From: Octopus sinensis
Taxonomy: Eukaryota
DNA: 64,000 bases
Assembly (NCBI RefSeq): GCF_006345805.1
Contig: NC_042998.1
Location: 206,770,001-206,834,000 of the forward strand
Direction of reading: 5' to 3'
Below are positions 59,468 through 64,000 of the stretch, one piece after another. Within the stretch, counting starts at the first letter, position 1; the number at the start of each line of letters is the position of its first letter. The position numbers and the translations under genes were made by a program. The notes beneath the pieces are model-generated. The model made no database searches, was not told where the DNA came from, and saw only the letters and a list, made by a program, of their open reading frames with translations.

Positions 59468-61149
59468 GTAACTAAAAGCACCATTCCTTCACAAACACGG
59501 AATCGTGGACTTAGTCAACTTGGCCTCTTTTCAATTTTTGTTTACGGTTTTTTGCCCCCCAACTTTTTTGTGCATCATGCCCTTTTAATCATTTCTGTTG
59601 GCATTTTTTCTCATTTTTACCTAATTTTTCCTCTTATAAACCCATTGATTTCTAACTACTGCCACAAACTACCAGTTTTTGGTCGCATTTAAAAAAAAAA
59701 AATTCTTTTCACCCTTTTTTTCATTTATCTAATTTTGTTTGTTCGTTATAATAATGTAATTACTTTAATCATTATCATCATCTTGATTGTTATATTGCGG
59801 CAATGCTAATTCTTTGTCAAGTTGTTGTAATTACAGAGATCCTTCGTGTGTTACTTGTTCCGTTCCCTTGTTTTTTACTATTTTCGATGTTAATTTTTGT
59901 GTTTATAATTCTTGTTATTTTTATTGTTATTTTATTATCATCATTTATTAAATGTGAAAAAAAAAAACTGTTGTTATTGTTGTTGTTGTTACTGTCGTTT
60001 TTGTTAGTTTTTATTTGCATTTTCCCCTTTCCTTTTTCCGTGTGAAGGCATGTTCCATTGTCTCCATGTTTAACTATTATTCCTGTTATTGATTCAGTTC
60101 TTGCAATCCCCACCGATATTGAAAAACTGCTCCCCCTACATGCCATGCTTCTGCATAACTCAGTGATGGGGTGGTTGCGTAGTAAGAAGTTTGCTTCCCA
60201 ACCATATGGTTTGGGGTTCAGTCCCACTATGTAGCACCTCGGGCAAGCATCATCTATAGCCTTGAGCTAACTAAAGCCCTGTGGGTGGATTTGGTAGATG
60301 GAAACTGAAAGAAGTTCATCATGTGTGTGTGTGTGTGTGTTTGCCCCCATCCCCTCCTTGAAAAACTAGTGTTGGTGTGTTTACATCCCAGTAACATAGC
60401 AGTTTGGCAAAAGAGAGCGATAGAATAAGCACCAGGCTTTAAAAAAATATGTGCTGGAGTCCATTCAACTAAAAGTCTTCAAGGTGGTGCCCCAGCCTGG
60501 CCACAGTCTAATGACTGAAGCAAATTTATAAATTTTGCTTCACCAGACCTCAGTCAAATCGTCCAACCCATGCTAGCATGGAAAGCAGACATGAAATGAC
60601 GATGATGAAGTTGGCTCGTTATTTTCTAAATCTCTGACACGTTCAACTGTGAGAAAGGTTTTTGACATAGACAAGGTTTCATGGATAGCCAGTCTTAAAG
60701 TTTTCTCTTATGGCCAAGAAAACTTTGATAAATTGAAGAGGGCATGAAAGCCAGCAGATAATCCTCATTAAACTAATAGTATCCTTGTCTGTGACATTCT
60801 CTTGGAGATTATTGCATATCAGAGTATTTTTTTATCACTATATATTCCAACCGTGAATATCATATATACAAGGAAAGACTCATATGTAATAACATAAGCA
60901 CAGATATGACTGTGTGGTTTAGAAGCTTGCTTCCGTACCATGTGGCTTTGGGTTCAATCCCACAGTATGGCACCTTGGGTAAGTGTCTTGTATAGCCCAG
61001 GGCTAGTCAATGCTTTCTGAGGGAATTTGGTAGATGGAAACTGAAAGAAGTCCATCATACATAAATAAATATGTATATGTATGTGTGTGTGTGTGTTTAT
61101 ACATGTGTGTGTGTATGTATGTGTGTATATGTTTTTATATACACACACG

Positions 61150-61387
61150 CAGGGTTGGTCGAAAGTTGCCCAACAGTAAATCAAAACCATTTAATTTCAA
61201 GATTAAAACAAAAAATTAGTTTAAATGAGACTTTGCTAATAAAGAGACAAATGTTGAAAAAAGAAAAAGACTGATTTTAACTCACAGCATTCAATTATTA
61301 AACATTCATAATTGGAAATGAACAAAATAGAATATTAAGTATTTGTGGAATTTTGATTTACTGTCGGGTGACTTTTGGCCAACCCTG
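61150..61387. mobile_element. Tc1/mariner-type MITE
   Basis: ~37-bp imperfect TIRs CAGGGTTGGTCGAAAGTTGCCCAACAGTAAATCAAAA / TTTTGATTTACTGTCGGGTGACTTTTGGCCAACCCTG, followed by TA. Confidence 0.65.
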
Positions 61388-62441
61388 TATTTATATTTAT
61401 ACATATATATGTACACGCACACACATACAAGTGCATGTGTATACGTGTACCTTGTCTTGACATCACATGATGATTGTAAATGACCATCATGGTCATACAA
61501 GTGATGCCTGTTTCCAGTTTTCCATGGAAAACGGCTGACCAAAAGGAAATATTACCTGGCCTGGAAACGGGGTCAGAGTTTCTTGCCTAAGAAAATCTAC
61601 CTCAACAAATTCCAACTGACCCATGCAAAAATGGATGTTAAAACAACGATGCTAATTAGTACAAAATTAAATAAAACATCACCATCATCGTTTAGTATCT
61701 GCTTTCCGTGCTAGCATGGGTTGGATGGCTTGACTGAAACTGGTCAGCTGAAGAACTGTTCCACGTTCCAATCTGATTTGGCATGGTTTTCTATGGCTGG
61801 ATGCCCTTCCTTAATACCAACCACTCCAAGAGTGTAATGGGTGTTTTTTACGTGCCACCAGCACGGGTGCCAGCTACGTGACACCAGATGCATATGAACA
61901 GAGATGTGTGAGGTTCAAGAGGTCACTTGAGTAGTGTCAAAGACATGGTTGTCTTTTTGGTGTTGATGCCACAAAAAATATATAATAGGCATTAAGTTTG
62001 GACCAATAGGACTCTTTAGCCTCATCAAAGACATGACACCTCTCTAGTGTGGTGCCATGAAAAAAAAAGCACCCAGAACATACTGTAAAGTGGTTAGGGT
62101 CATATTAGTCACAATTCTGTAAAGGAGTTAGTGTTAGGAAGATGTTTCGTCCTTGTTGTCAGATGAAAGGTCTTCTGATTCACATCAATCAGTGCTGACC
62201 AACTGGACAACTATCTGCGTAATATTGTCCATAGAACAAGCAATCCCACAATGAACCTTATGTATCCAATGTCCAGGTTCCACTGTATCACAGGGGACTT
62301 CTCTATCTTAAAAAACCCACAGCACATCTCAGAATATCACAGGAAGGGCATCCAGTCATATAAACTAATCCCTAATGAAACATACAAGTGAGATGCAACC
62401 CTCCAACCCATCTAGGTGTGCAGTACAAATGAACAATTTTG

Positions 62442-62828
62442 TACATTATTTACATTTGATGGATATTTGTCCTCATCTTGTTTGTTGTTAACACAACATT
62501 TCGGCTGATATACCCTCCAGCCTTCATCAGGTGTCTTGGGGAAATTTCAAACCTCGGTTCTCATTCCTAAAGTATTTTTTGATATTATTATGTCCACAGG
62601 CATATGGCATAGTGGTTAAGAGTGCGGGCTACTAACCCCAAGATTCCGAGTTCGATTCCAAGCAGTGACCTGAATAATAATAATATCGAAAAATACCTTA
62701 GGAATGAGAACCCAGATTCAAAATTTCCCCCCAAGGCACCTGATGAAGGTTGGCGGGAATATCAATTGAAACGGTCTGTTATCAACAAACAAGATGAGGA
62801 CAAATATCCACCAAATGTAAATAATGTA
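62442..62828. mobile_element. Inverted pair of Penelope-like pLTR arms, each with a hammerhead motif, around a tRNA-like head
   Basis: Arms ~62442-62590 and ~62681-62828 are inverted copies; CTGATGA 62740-62746 (+) and TCATCAG 62524-62530 (-); A box 62605-62615 and B box 62650-62659 in the spacer. Confidence 0.65.
62490..62537 (-). ncRNA. Minimal type-I hammerhead ribozyme motif
   Basis: AAGACAC-CUGAUGA-A-GGCUG-GAGGGUAUAU-CAGCC-GAA-A-UG-U-U^GUGUU. Confidence 0.7.
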
Positions 62829-63455
62829 GGTGTGCAGCGTTCCAAAATAAGCGCTGACCCCCAACTGTGGTGAGAGGTTGTGTAATCAGTATCATGCATA
62901 AAATGCACCTCCTCAGGTGTTTCTTTAAATAAGTCCTTCATCAGATCCTGCTGTCATGTGAGGAGAATGCATCAGAAGCAAAGTGATGTGCCATTTTCTA
63001 CTAAATCTACCAGCTGACCAATGTCTTGTTTAGATAAAACTAAACCCATAGATATACTAAGAGACAAGATACAATTATAATCAAAATACAGACATAAAGA
63101 CAAAAAAAAAAGTAATTTGAGGATACACAAAATTATGGGATATATATATATATATTTTTATGTGCCCTTTTCAAGCCTAGCCAGGCCCATGGGCCCAGTT
63201 TCCCAGTTTCTGTGGCGTATGTGTTCCCTCCAGCTGGACGGGACGCCAGTCCATCGCAGCATTACTCAAGAAACAGGAAGAGAGAGTGAGAGAAAGTTGG
63301 GACGAAAGAGTACAACAGGGGTCGCCACCACCCCCTGCCGGAGCTTTTAGTTGTTTTCACTCAATAAACATGCACAATGCCCAGTCTGGGAATCGAAACT
63401 GCAATCCTCTGACCATGAGTTTACTGCCCTAACCACTGGGCCATTGCACCTCGAC

Positions 63456-63505
<50 letters not shown>

Positions 63506-64000
63506 CAGCAAATAAGAAAATGGAGAGGATACAAAATGACATACATCATCTGGTAGACATTAGAAAGTATAAGAAAAAAACACACATGTAGTAACTATGT
63601 GTTACACACACATGTATTAATATTACAGGAAAGAGCAAAAGGTCAGTTCCTTGCGGCCGTTTCTGTCAAGAGGCAATGAGATCCTCCATGCATTTGGGTA
63701 TGAATAATTGTGTACACTACCAGCAGTATATTGGATAGGCACTATCCCTTAATTGGTTTCACAACCTCTAACTCACGCAGAAATATAAACACACACACAA
63801 ACACACAAAGGAGGTGCTGCAAAGGTTTTGGCTTTAAGTGTATAGACAAAGGCGTAGTTGCAGGCTCAACCTTCCAAATTCTTCTGTAAGGCTTAGAAAA
63901 ACTGAAGGACCCCTGCAATAAGTGTGTGAATCTGAGAGGGGAATATGTTGAATAAAATCATAATTGACTGATCCTCTTATATTTTCTTTCACCCAAAGCC

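Noticed and set aside
62599-62670. Possible tRNA gene
   Set aside because: A and B boxes are present but the acceptor and T stems do not pair properly; treated as a SINE-like head
63640-63700. Minus-strand GAAACGGCCGC palindromic stem III-like motif
   Set aside because: U16.1, core and stem II are not recoverable

Overview
AT-rich, microsatellite- and transposon-dense eukaryotic DNA. The SINE families, the repeat load and the lophotrochozoan-type genes suggest an octopus/cephalopod genome (inference). Three uninterrupted protein-coding genes are clear: PAM16/TIM16 (-, 6947-7327), TIMELESS of the timeout/TIM2 type (-, 20112-24803) and a membrane-anchored RING-HC E3 ligase (+, ~27392-28039) lying head-to-head with TIMELESS. 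One probable isolated coding exon lies at 59291-59467 and a CCAAT-rich promoter-like island near 42.7 kb. The rest is three SINE families, RTE, CR1-like, Gypsy and R4-like fragments, piggyBac-, Tc1- and Merlin-type MITEs, non-autonomous Helitrons, very large TA/TG arrays and a 100-N gap. The most notable signal is that most fold-back repeats in the window, although unrelated in sequence, fold by hand into minimal type-I hammerhead ribozymes of the kind known from Penelope-like element pLTRs. Their core 3-8 pair occurs as C-G, G-C and U-A in different families. One canonical copy has a long stem II (57127-57223, -) and one is joined to a tRNA-like Pol III head (62.6 kb). No computation was run; folds were checked by eye.
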